Of a stretch of 34,715 nt of DNA, positions 26,890-34,715 are shown piece by piece. The translations under genes and the position numbers were made by a program. Under the pieces are notes generated by a model. That model was not told the origin of the DNA and ran no database searches. It worked only from the letters and a program-made list of their open reading frames with translations. The stretch is taken from sequence record SRR2962707_983; one strand, written 5' to 3'. How positions within the stretch are numbered: the first letter of the stretch is position 1; the number at the start of each line of letters is the position of its first letter.

Positions 26890-27840
26890 TTACAGCCAGC
26901 CTTTCCGCTTGAAATACCAGTACGGGGCGAAGCCCGACAGGAACATCAGCCCGATCACCGCCGGATAGCCGAACTCCCAGTTCAGTTCCGGCATCACCTG
27001 GAAGTTCATGCCATAAATACTGGCGATCATGGTCGGTGGCAGGAACACCACGGCGGCGATGGAAAAGATCTTGATGATCTGGTTCTGCTCGATATTGATG
27101 AACCCCTGGGTGGAATCCATCAGGAAGTTGATCTTCTCGAACAGAAAAGTGGCGTGGGACATCAGGGTGTCCAGGTCATGCTGGATTTCCGAGCAGGTGC
27201 GGCGGCGTTCCTTGTCGGCCCGTACATAACGCTGGATAAAAGAAATCGAACGCTGGGTATCCATCAGGCACAGGCGGATTTTTCCGTTGCTGTCTTCCAG
27301 ATGGGCCAGCTTCTCGATGCCGTCCTCCAGCTCCGCTTCCTCATCCTCCAGCACCAGATAACTGACATCCTCCAGGTCCCGATGGATGTCCTCCAGCGTA
27401 TCGGCCAGATTCTCGGTCTTCTGCTCAAGAATGCTCAGCAGAATGTCCAAGGGCTCCAGGGCACGGACCCAGCCGCGCCGGATGCGCATGCGCATGAGAC
27501 GAAAATCCGGCGCGCGGGAATCGCGGAAGGTCAACAGCCGGCCCGGCTGCAACACAAAAGCCACGGTCGAGGTGCGATGGCGCCCCTCGCTCTGATGAAC
27601 GAACAGGGAGTGCACATGAAGACCATGCTCATCATGGAAGAAACGGGCGGAGGATTCGATTTCCTCCACATCGTCGGACTCCGGCAGCGCCTGGCGGAAC
27701 AGATGCTGCACCTCCTGCCGTTCCTCATCGGTGGCGTCCACCAGGTCGATCCAACTGGCTTCCTTGGCGGTGTCCGGGGTCAACCCCGCCACATCCCGCT
27801 CGCGGAGCACTCCGTCTTCAATATCGTAAACGTACAGCAT
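26890..27840 (-). CDS. corA: Magnesium/cobalt transporter CorA
   Basis: EEIESSARF, INIEQNQIIKIFS, YGMNF, MPEL and FKRKGWL. Confidence 0.97.
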   Translation of the reverse strand: MLYVYDIEDGVLRERDVAGLTPDTAKEASWIDLVDATDEERQEVQHLFRQALPESDDVEEIESSARFFHDEHGLHVHSLFVHQSEGRHRTSTVAFVLQPGRLLTFRDSRAPDFRLMRMRIRRGWVRALEPLDILLSILEQKTENLADTLEDIHRDLEDVSYLVLEDEEAELEDGIEKLAHLEDSNGKIRLCLMDTQRSISFIQRYVRADKERRRTCSEIQHDLDTLMSHATFLFEKINFLMDSTQGFINIEQNQIIKIFSIAAVVFLPPTMIASIYGMNFQVMPELNWEFGYPAVIGLMFLSGFAPYWYFKRKGWL

Positions 27841-27934
27841 GCTAGACTCCTGGCGACGGACCTTCCACTAACTGCGCATAGCATCATCCACGCGTACATA
27901 GATGGTCAAAGGCGCTTAGATAGAGCAGGTTGCT

Positions 27935-28576
27935 ATGACTGTCAACCACACCCTGTCGCGGCTCGACTCCCTGCCCCCTCCCCTGGAATTGGGGCGAGGG
28001 GCTCGTATCTGGCTGATTGAGCGGCTTCTCGGCCCTTCGGCCATGGACCTGTTCCACACGCTTTGTAACGAACTCCCCTGGGAGCAACCCCGTGTACAGG
28101 TGTTCGGCCGTTCCCACCCGGTGCCCCGGCTGGTCTGCTGGCTGGGCGACACCGGCGTCACCTACCGCTATTCCGGGCTGACCCACCGGGCCGGGGGCTG
28201 GCCCGATCCGCTGGCGCCATTACGGCGCGCGGTAACGGCGTTGACCGGATTAACGCCCAATGGTGCTCTGGCCAATCTCTATCGGGATGGCGACGACACC
28301 ATGGGGTGGCACCGGGATAATGAGCCGGAACTGGGACCGGCCCCCTGGATCCTGTCCTATAACCTTGGTGCCACCCGCGACTTCTGTCTGCGACGTTATG
28401 GCGAGCATCGGCAAAGCCACCGGTTGCCACTGTCCCACGACAGCCTGTTGATTATGTCTCCCCAGGTACAGCGTTATTATGAACACGCCCTGCCCCGCCG
28501 CCGGCGGGTGCGCGAGTCCCGCCTCAATCTTACCTTCCGCCATATCGTCACCGCAGCGGCGGACCTTTCCGGCTAG
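27935..28576 (+). CDS. AlkB-family Fe(II)/2OG dioxygenase (ALKBH2/3-like)
   Basis: VPRLVCW, YRYSG, NLYRDG.D.MGWHRDNE, HALP and RLNLTFR. Confidence 0.9.
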   Translation: MTVNHTLSRLDSLPPPLELGRGARIWLIERLLGPSAMDLFHTLCNELPWEQPRVQVFGRSHPVPRLVCWLGDTGVTYRYSGLTHRAGGWPDPLAPLRRAVTALTGLTPNGALANLYRDGDDTMGWHRDNEPELGPAPWILSYNLGATRDFCLRRYGEHRQSHRLPLSHDSLLIMSPQVQRYYEHALPRRRRVRESRLNLTFRHIVTAAADLSG

Positions 28577-28588
28577 CAGAGCAGGCAA

Positions 28589-29812
28589 TCAGCCAAAAAA
28601 CAGGTAGCTCACCAGAATCGCGGTGATCAGGCCGGCGGCGTCGGCGGCCAGACCGCACCACAAGGCATAGCGGAAGTTTCGCACTCCGACACTGCCAAAG
28701 TAGACGGCGAGAACGTAAAAAGTCGTCTCGGTGGAGCCCTGCATCACCGCCGCCATACGGCCGGCAAGCGAATCCACGCCTTGCGTGTGCATGACATCCA
28801 GCATGGCGGCGCGGGCGCCGGATCCGCTTAATGGTTTCAGTAAAGCCACGGGCAGAGCGTCGACGAAACGAGTATCCCAGCCAAGCCAGAGGGCTGCATG
28901 CCGGATCGCCGACAACACCGCTTCGAGCACACCGCTGGCGCGCAACATGGCGATGGCGGCCAGCATGGCCACCAGGTACGGAATCAGCCTCACCGCCAGG
29001 TTGAAGCCTTCCTTGGCGCCCTCGATGAAAGCGTCATAGCTATCCACCCGGGCCCGCCAGGCCGCCACGAAAAAGGCGCCGATTACCGCCAGCAGCAAGC
29101 CATTGCCGAGCAGGCTGGAAAGCCGCGCGCTGGCGTCTGGTGGCACCCACCATACCGCCAGCCCAAGCAAACCGAGCAGCGCCAGCCAACCGCCGGCGAC
29201 AGCAAGCAGTATCGGATCCCGTAGCCGTATACCCTGTAGGCGGGCGGTCAGGGCCACGCCGACAAAAGTGGAAGCGGTGGTTGCCATCAGCATGGGTAAA
29301 TAGATGTCGGCGGGGTCGGCCGCGCCCTGCTGGGTGCGGTATAGCAGCACGGTTACCGGTACCAGTGTCACCGCGGAAGTGTTCAGTACCAGGAACATGA
29401 TTTGCGCATCGCTGGCCGTTCGCGGCCGTGGATTGCTCTCCTGCAGCGAGCTCATCGCCTTCAGCCCCAGCGGCGTGGCGGCGTTATCCAGACCGAGCAT
29501 ATTGGCGGCCATATTCATGGAGATGCCGGCGCCGGCCTGTGAACCTTCCGGCACCGATGGCATCAGACGATGAAGTACCGGTTGAACCAGAGCAGCAAGC
29601 CGGTCGGCGAGACGGCTCTGCTCGGCCAGACGGAACAGGCCGCTCCACAGGGCCAGCACGCCGATCAGCCCCAGACTGACCTGAACCGCCAGATCGGCCG
29701 CTTCCCACAGCGCGCCCACGACACGGGCGGGAGCTCCGGTATCGCCGAGCAGTAACTGCAGGATGGCCCCGGCGATGCCGATCAGGAAGAAACCGGTAAA
29801 CAGGCGATGCAT
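28589..29812 (-). CDS. SpmA/SpmB-fusion nucleoside-recognition (Gate) domain membrane protein
   Basis: ANMLGLDNAATPLGLKAM, FLVLNTS, FIEGAKEG, KPLSGSGA and GSTETTFYVLAVYFGSVG. Confidence 0.9.
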   Translation of the reverse strand: MHRLFTGFFLIGIAGAILQLLLGDTGAPARVVGALWEAADLAVQVSLGLIGVLALWSGLFRLAEQSRLADRLAALVQPVLHRLMPSVPEGSQAGAGISMNMAANMLGLDNAATPLGLKAMSSLQESNPRPRTASDAQIMFLVLNTSAVTLVPVTVLLYRTQQGAADPADIYLPMLMATTASTFVGVALTARLQGIRLRDPILLAVAGGWLALLGLLGLAVWWVPPDASARLSSLLGNGLLLAVIGAFFVAAWRARVDSYDAFIEGAKEGFNLAVRLIPYLVAMLAAIAMLRASGVLEAVLSAIRHAALWLGWDTRFVDALPVALLKPLSGSGARAAMLDVMHTQGVDSLAGRMAAVMQGSTETTFYVLAVYFGSVGVRNFRYALWCGLAADAAGLITAILVSYLFFG

Positions 29813-29916
29813 GGTGTACGGTGCTCTCCGTGTTGTCGATGCCGTGGCGGTGGGTGGCGGTCACAAACGCATCGTCAGGAACGATGTTTGATGTCGCCTT
29901 GGCGACGGCCCGCAGG

Positions 29917-29940
29917 GTGACCACCATGGATGGTGGTCAC
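29917..29940. promoter_or_regulatory. 24-bp palindrome in the divergent spmAB/prc intergenic region
   Basis: GTGACCACCAT-GG-ATGGTGGTCAC has perfect 11-bp arms and a 2-nt spacer. Confidence 0.45.
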
Positions 29941-30013
29941 AAATCCGGACCTCCCATACGAATTAATCAGAGGTTCCCGTATACTGCCAGTAAATGAATC
30001 ATTGAGTGAGTCC

Positions 30014-32125
30014 ATGAGCGTAATTCGCAAGCTGAGTGCCTTGATTGTTGCCGGGTTGCTGCTGGGCGGCGCCCTGCATATTGGAGACGGCCTGCAGGCG
30101 GCGCCGGAGGTCCAGGGCAGCATCAAGCCGGATAAGGTGCACCGGGAAGCGGCGAAGGAAATCGTCGACCGCCTGAAATTGCACTACCGGCGGCTGGACT
30201 TCAATGATTCTCTGTCCGGACAGGTGCTGGACCAGTACATCAAGGATCTGGACCCGAGCCGCCTGTACTTCACCGCCGAGGACATCGGTGAATTCGACCG
30301 CTATCGCGACCAACTCGACGATCAGTTGCGCAGAGGCACTCTGGAGGCGGGCTACACCATCTTCAACCGCTTCCAGCAACGGGTGGAACACCGTTTACAG
30401 AAGGCGTTGACGCAACTGCGCGGCGATATCGATAAATGGAAATTCGACAGCGACCGCAAGGTGCTGGTGGATCGCACCAAGGCCGATTGGGCACCGGATC
30501 AGCAGGCCCTGGATCAGATTTGGGACGACTATCTGCGTAATTCCGTGCTGTCCATGCGGCTCAACGGCACCCCCGAGAGTGAAATCCAGGACCGTCTGGT
30601 GCGCCGCTACGAAGGCCAGCTCAGCCGGGTGCAGCAAAACAGCTCCGAGGACGTGTTCCAGCTCTACATGAACGCGCTGGCGCAGACCTTCGATCCGCAC
30701 ACCAACTATTTCACTCCGCATAATTCGGAAAACTTCGACATCAGCATGAGCCGCTCCCTGGAAGGCATCGGCGCCGTGCTGCAGTATGAGGACGGCTATA
30801 CCAAGGTGGTACGGCTGGTGCCGGGCGGTCCCGCCGCCAAGGCCGGACAACTGAAGCCGGCGGATCGCATCATCGGGGTCGGTCAGGGTGACAAGGACGC
30901 CATCGTCGATGTGGTCGGCATGCGTCTGGATGAGGTTGTCGACATGATTCGCGGGCCCAAGGGGTCCGAGGTGCGGCTGGAGATCATTCCCGCCGGCGGT
31001 GCGGGCGAACACAGCACCCGCACGGTCACCATAGTGCGCAACAAGGTGGTACTGGAGGAACAGGCCGCCAAGAAGGAAGTCATTGAGCTGAATCACGATG
31101 GCGAGAACATCAAGCTCGGCATCATCGAAATTCCGGCCTTTTACCTCGACTTCAATGCCTTTCACCGTGGCGATCCGAACTACACCAGCACCACCCGGGA
31201 CGTGGCCAAGCTGCTGGTGGAACTGCGCAAGGAAAATCCGGACGGCCTGATCATCGATCTGCGCAACAATGGCGGCGGATCGCTGCTGGAAGTCAACAAG
31301 CTGGTGAGCCTGTTTATCAACCGCGGCCCCACCGTGCAGGTGCGTGAATCATCCGGCCGTGTCAGTGTCGAGAATGACCAGTACCCGGGCATGCTCTACA
31401 CCGGCCCCATGGCGGTGCTGGTGAACCGTTACAGCGCGTCCGCCTCGGAAATTTTTGCCGGCGCCATGCAGGACTACGGGCGGGCGCTGATCGTGGGCGA
31501 GCCCACCTACGGCAAGGGAACGGTGCAGACTCTGCTGGACCTGAACCACGGCAAGCTGAAGATGACCAACGCCAAATTCTATCGGGTGTCCGGTTCCAGC
31601 AACCAGAATCTGGGCATTGTTCCGGACCTGTTGATGCCGTCGCTGATCGATACCAACGAGGTGGGCGAAGGCGCCCTGCCCAATGCCCTGCCCTGGGATG
31701 AAATCGACTCCGCGGATTATCAGCAGGTGGCGGATCTGATGCCGTTCCTGCAGACCTTGCGGCAGCGTCACGAAAGGCGCATCCAGAAAGATCCCGAGTT
31801 CGTTTATGTGGAAGAACTGCGCTCCTTGCTGGATGAGGCGCGTGAGCGTAAGGAAGTGACGCTCAACGCGGCCAGCCGGGAATCCTGGCAGGAAGGCTTC
31901 GACAAGCGCCGTCTGAACATTGAAAACGCCCGCCGTAAAGCCCGCGACGAGGAGCCGCTGAAGGACATGGCGGCGCTGAGGACGCTGGAGGAGCAACGGG
32001 CACTGGATCCGGAAGCGGCGGAGGATCCGATGAAGAAAGACCCTTACCTGCGCGAAACCGGCCACATCCTGGCGGATATGATCGAGCTGGCGCAGGCCCA
32101 GCGGGTGGCGGACAAACGGGATTAG
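30014..32125 (+). CDS. prc: Tail-specific (carboxy-terminal processing) protease, S41 family
   Basis: Signal peptide, DPHTNY, PDZ domain (LEGIGA), DLRNNGGG, SASASEIFAGAMQDYGR and TYGKGTVQ. Start ATG 30014. Confidence 0.93.
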   Translation: MSVIRKLSALIVAGLLLGGALHIGDGLQAAPEVQGSIKPDKVHREAAKEIVDRLKLHYRRLDFNDSLSGQVLDQYIKDLDPSRLYFTAEDIGEFDRYRDQLDDQLRRGTLEAGYTIFNRFQQRVEHRLQKALTQLRGDIDKWKFDSDRKVLVDRTKADWAPDQQALDQIWDDYLRNSVLSMRLNGTPESEIQDRLVRRYEGQLSRVQQNSSEDVFQLYMNALAQTFDPHTNYFTPHNSENFDISMSRSLEGIGAVLQYEDGYTKVVRLVPGGPAAKAGQLKPADRIIGVGQGDKDAIVDVVGMRLDEVVDMIRGPKGSEVRLEIIPAGGAGEHSTRTVTIVRNKVVLEEQAAKKEVIELNHDGENIKLGIIEIPAFYLDFNAFHRGDPNYTSTTRDVAKLLVELRKENPDGLIIDLRNNGGGSLLEVNKLVSLFINRGPTVQVRESSGRVSVENDQYPGMLYTGPMAVLVNRYSASASEIFAGAMQDYGRALIVGEPTYGKGTVQTLLDLNHGKLKMTNAKFYRVSGSSNQNLGIVPDLLMPSLIDTNEVGEGALPNALPWDEIDSADYQQVADLMPFLQTLRQRHERRIQKDPEFVYVEELRSLLDEARERKEVTLNAASRESWQEGFDKRRLNIENARRKARDEEPLKDMAALRTLEEQRALDPEAAEDPMKKDPYLRETGHILADMIELAQAQRVADKRD

Positions 32126-32137
32126 TAGGGCGCCGCG

Positions 32138-32911
32138 TCAGGAATCCGACGCCGTCGCCCAGCTCTTCAACTCCCGCGCCAGCCAATCCGGCGCATCCAG
32201 GGACAGATCGTGACCGGCCCGAGGGTGCACGCTCAATGGCCGGTTCCAGGCGCGGGACAACGCTTGCGAACAGCGTGGACTCACCAGGCGATCCCCTCCC
32301 CCATTCACAATCAGCACCGGGCTGCCCTCCGGCAGTTGGACGGGTGCCCGAAACCGGGTAGCCGCCCACAATTGGCGCAGACTGTTCGCCGTGGAAACCG
32401 GCCTTTGCCCGGCGATCAGAGCCCATTGCCGCGCCACTTCGGCCAGACGGTCCGGCGCCAGCAAGTTGGTGGTCAACTCGAGAATCGCCCGCTCCTTGCC
32501 TTCAGTATCCCGGCTTAGCAGCACATCGCTCAGCAAACGCGGGTAATTACCTATCTGCAAACGCTGGTAAAACGGACTGAAGCGCGCGGTACTGCTGTTG
32601 ATCAGGGCGGCGCCACCGAGTTCGCCAGGAAAACGCCGCAGCCAGTCCATTCCCACCATGCCGCCGAGAGACAGAGCCACCAGCCTGGGCCGTCGGCTCA
32701 GCACCTGGTCTCCCAACTCGGCACGGGCGGCATCGACCATCGCCGCCACGGTGCAGGGGCTGCGCTCATGGTGACGCCGCCCATTACCGGGAAGATCCAC
32801 GCAGCGCACCTCATTCCCCTCCCCCAGCACCTCCGCCAAACGGCGATCAAAGCCCTGCCAGTGGGCCTGCTCGCGTATCAGTCCGCGCAGCAGAATCCAT
32901 GTAGTGGTCAT
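32138..32911 (-). CDS. Alpha/beta fold hydrolase
   Basis: LLRGLIRE..HW, DLPGNG, nucleophile elbow ALSLGG, GDRLV and AGHDL. Start ATG 32911. Confidence 0.88.
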   Translation of the reverse strand: MTTTWILLRGLIREQAHWQGFDRRLAEVLGEGNEVRCVDLPGNGRRHHERSPCTVAAMVDAARAELGDQVLSRRPRLVALSLGGMVGMDWLRRFPGELGGAALINSSTARFSPFYQRLQIGNYPRLLSDVLLSRDTEGKERAILELTTNLLAPDRLAEVARQWALIAGQRPVSTANSLRQLWAATRFRAPVQLPEGSPVLIVNGGGDRLVSPRCSQALSRAWNRPLSVHPRAGHDLSLDAPDWLARELKSWATASDS

Positions 32912-33127
32912 AAAGTTTCGGTTCTCCCCAGCCGTGGCGCCAATGCCGGCACCAGATTCCATTTGATTTTCCCTGCTCCTGGCGCACCGGCGTCACCTTG
33001 TTGCCGGTGCCGCCATACCACTAGCATCGGAGCCGGGCTACACTGCCCTCTGTGAACCGCGGTTTATGGCGTTCCGCCGCCCGTGGTTGATGCCATCGCC
33101 TTAGCAGATCTTGGAGTGCGCGAAAAT

Positions 33128-34558
33128 ATGGCACGAAAAACCGTCAAAAGGGTTAAAACCGGTTCCCTGGAACGGCGTTTTTCCCTTGCCCGCGCCGGCT
33201 TTCTCGCCGGCGCCCGCTACGCCACCGCCAGCGCCGGTACCCTGTTCTCCGCCCCGGACAAGCGCGAGGAAAGACGGAAGGCCATTCTCTCTCAACGGGC
33301 CGAGGAATTGGTGGCCGAGTTGGGCGAATTGAAAGGTTCGGTGGTGAAAATCGGACAAATGATGGCCCTGTTCGGAGAGCATTTTCTGCCCGAAGAAGTC
33401 ACCGCCGCCTTGCATACGCTGGAAAACGACACCGCCGCGCTCGAGTGGCCGGCCATGGAGCGCCATCTTAAACAGCAATTGGGCACCGTGAAACTGGCGG
33501 AACTGGAGGTGGATCCAGAACCGCTCGGCGCCGCCAGCCTGGGGCAGGTTCACCGTGCCCGGCGTAAGAAGGACGGTCGTGAGCTGGTGCTCAAGGTACA
33601 GTACCCTGGTGTCGCCGATGCCATAGATTCGGACATGCGCGCCTTGGTGCGGCTGCTCAAGCTGAGCCGTCTGGTGCCGATCACCGACCAGTTCAATCAA
33701 TGGCTGGACGAAGTGCGCGCCATGCTCGGCCGGGAGGTGGACTACGATCTCGAGGCCCATACCACCCGCCATTTCCGTGAAGTGTTGAGCGAGGACCCCC
33801 GCTTCATTGTTCCTGAGGTGTTTTCCGAGTACTCCTCCCACAACATTCTGTGCCTTTCCTTCGAGAAGGGATTGCACATCAGCGACCCGAAGGTGGTCGC
33901 ACTGAGCCAGGAACGCCGTAATTTCCTGGGGCGCGCCATCATGGAGCTGTGCTGTCGCGAGGTATTCGAGTGGAACAAGATGCAGACCGACCCGAATTTC
34001 GGCAATTATCTGCTGCAAATCGATGAGGAAGGTCACGACCGTATCGTGCTGCTGGACTTTGGCGCCATCCGCGATTTCGATGACCAGGTGCTGGGCCCCG
34101 GCCGGGAGATGATTCGCGGTGCCTGGCACCACGATACGGAGCGCCTGGTGCGGGCGATGAAGGCGCTGCATTTCCTTTCCGGTGACCCTCCTCGCCGGGT
34201 ACAGGAGGATTTCGCCGGCCTCTGTTTCGAGGCCATTGAGGCCCTGCAGGACCCGGACCGCTTTCCGCCGCCGGCGTCGGTGGTCAATGAGAAAGGGGAA
34301 TACCTATGGGGGGAGAGCAATCTGCCCAGCCGGGTGCTGAATCGCGCCAGTCGCAATGCCCTGTCCGTGCACTTCGACGTACCGCCAAAGGAATTTATCT
34401 TTCTGCTCAGGAAGTTGCTGGGGGCTTACACTTTTTTGCATGTAATCAAGGCGCAGGTGCGTGGCGATACCATTCTGGGTCCATTCATCCATATGCATGA
34501 AGATGATGACAAGGCCCGTGTTGATCAACAATTGAGCGAAAGTGCGAAGAAATCATGA
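33128..34558 (+). CDS. AarF/ABC1/UbiB family atypical kinase
   Basis: VVKIGQ, AASLGQVH, VLKVQYPG, QTDPNFGN and LLDFG. Start ATG 33128 after GGAG. Confidence 0.92.
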   Translation: MARKTVKRVKTGSLERRFSLARAGFLAGARYATASAGTLFSAPDKREERRKAILSQRAEELVAELGELKGSVVKIGQMMALFGEHFLPEEVTAALHTLENDTAALEWPAMERHLKQQLGTVKLAELEVDPEPLGAASLGQVHRARRKKDGRELVLKVQYPGVADAIDSDMRALVRLLKLSRLVPITDQFNQWLDEVRAMLGREVDYDLEAHTTRHFREVLSEDPRFIVPEVFSEYSSHNILCLSFEKGLHISDPKVVALSQERRNFLGRAIMELCCREVFEWNKMQTDPNFGNYLLQIDEEGHDRIVLLDFGAIRDFDDQVLGPGREMIRGAWHHDTERLVRAMKALHFLSGDPPRRVQEDFAGLCFEAIEALQDPDRFPPPASVVNEKGEYLWGESNLPSRVLNRASRNALSVHFDVPPKEFIFLLRKLLGAYTFLHVIKAQVRGDTILGPFIHMHEDDDKARVDQQLSESAKKS

Positions 34559-34715
34559 TCTTTATGATCAAAATCTAACCATCTATCCGTCAAACCGCGA
34601 TTTCTTGTTTGCCAAGCTCGCCACTCCACAATAAGGTTAGCAGCCTGCTCGACGGCCGGTTTTCTTGGAGCCTGTTCAAAGTCTCTACGCCACCGCGCCG
34701 GAGTTCATTTTGTCG

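Noticed and set aside
27841-27934. Possible Mg2+ riboswitch or leader peptide for corA, or a LexA box for the AlkB-like gene
   Set aside because: The divergent intergenic region is only 94 bp, with no recognisable structure and no CTGT-N8-ACAG match.
26809-28020. 403-aa plus-strand ORF
   Set aside because: Antisense shadow of corA with no domain features.
32984-33010. GCACCGGC-N11-GCCGGTGC hairpin between the divergent hydrolase and kinase genes
   Set aside because: An 8-bp GC-rich stem with a long loop and no U-tract is plausible by chance in high-GC DNA.
33101-34171. 356-aa minus-strand ORF
   Set aside because: Antisense shadow of the ABC1/UbiB kinase gene.

Overview
GC-rich gammaproteobacterial chromosome segment. 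Gene style and content suggest an Alcanivorax/Oceanospirillales-like organism, but that is inference only. The window appears to contain the replication terminus. A 28-bp XerCD dif site lies at 12721-12748, and the FtsK-orienting KOPS octamers I found by eye switch strand across it. Left of dif is an accessory-looking patchwork: a partial VWA protein, an EamA transporter, an nfeD-stomatin pair, a metallophosphoesterase, a membrane desaturase, a Bcr/CflA MFS with a LysR, a LysR-CmcJ/NvfI-like dioxygenase-GST-kappa module, and a MerR module whose flavin oxidoreductase gene is destroyed by an internal deletion. Right of dif is the FNR/ANR-controlled microaerobic respiration cluster ccoNOQP-ccoGHIS-(DsbD_2)-hemN-fnr-uspE with two perfect FNR boxes. 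It is followed by a REP doublet, yaaA with an OxyR-like site, a hypothetical membrane protein, an MBL hydrolase, corA, an AlkB-like gene, an SpmAB-like gene, prc, an alpha/beta hydrolase and an ABC1/UbiB kinase. I found no rRNA, tRNA, CRISPR array, integrase or transposase. I cannot support a wholly new system. The best leads are the dif locus with its atypical XerC arm and the uncharacterised LysR-dioxygenase-GST-kappa module.
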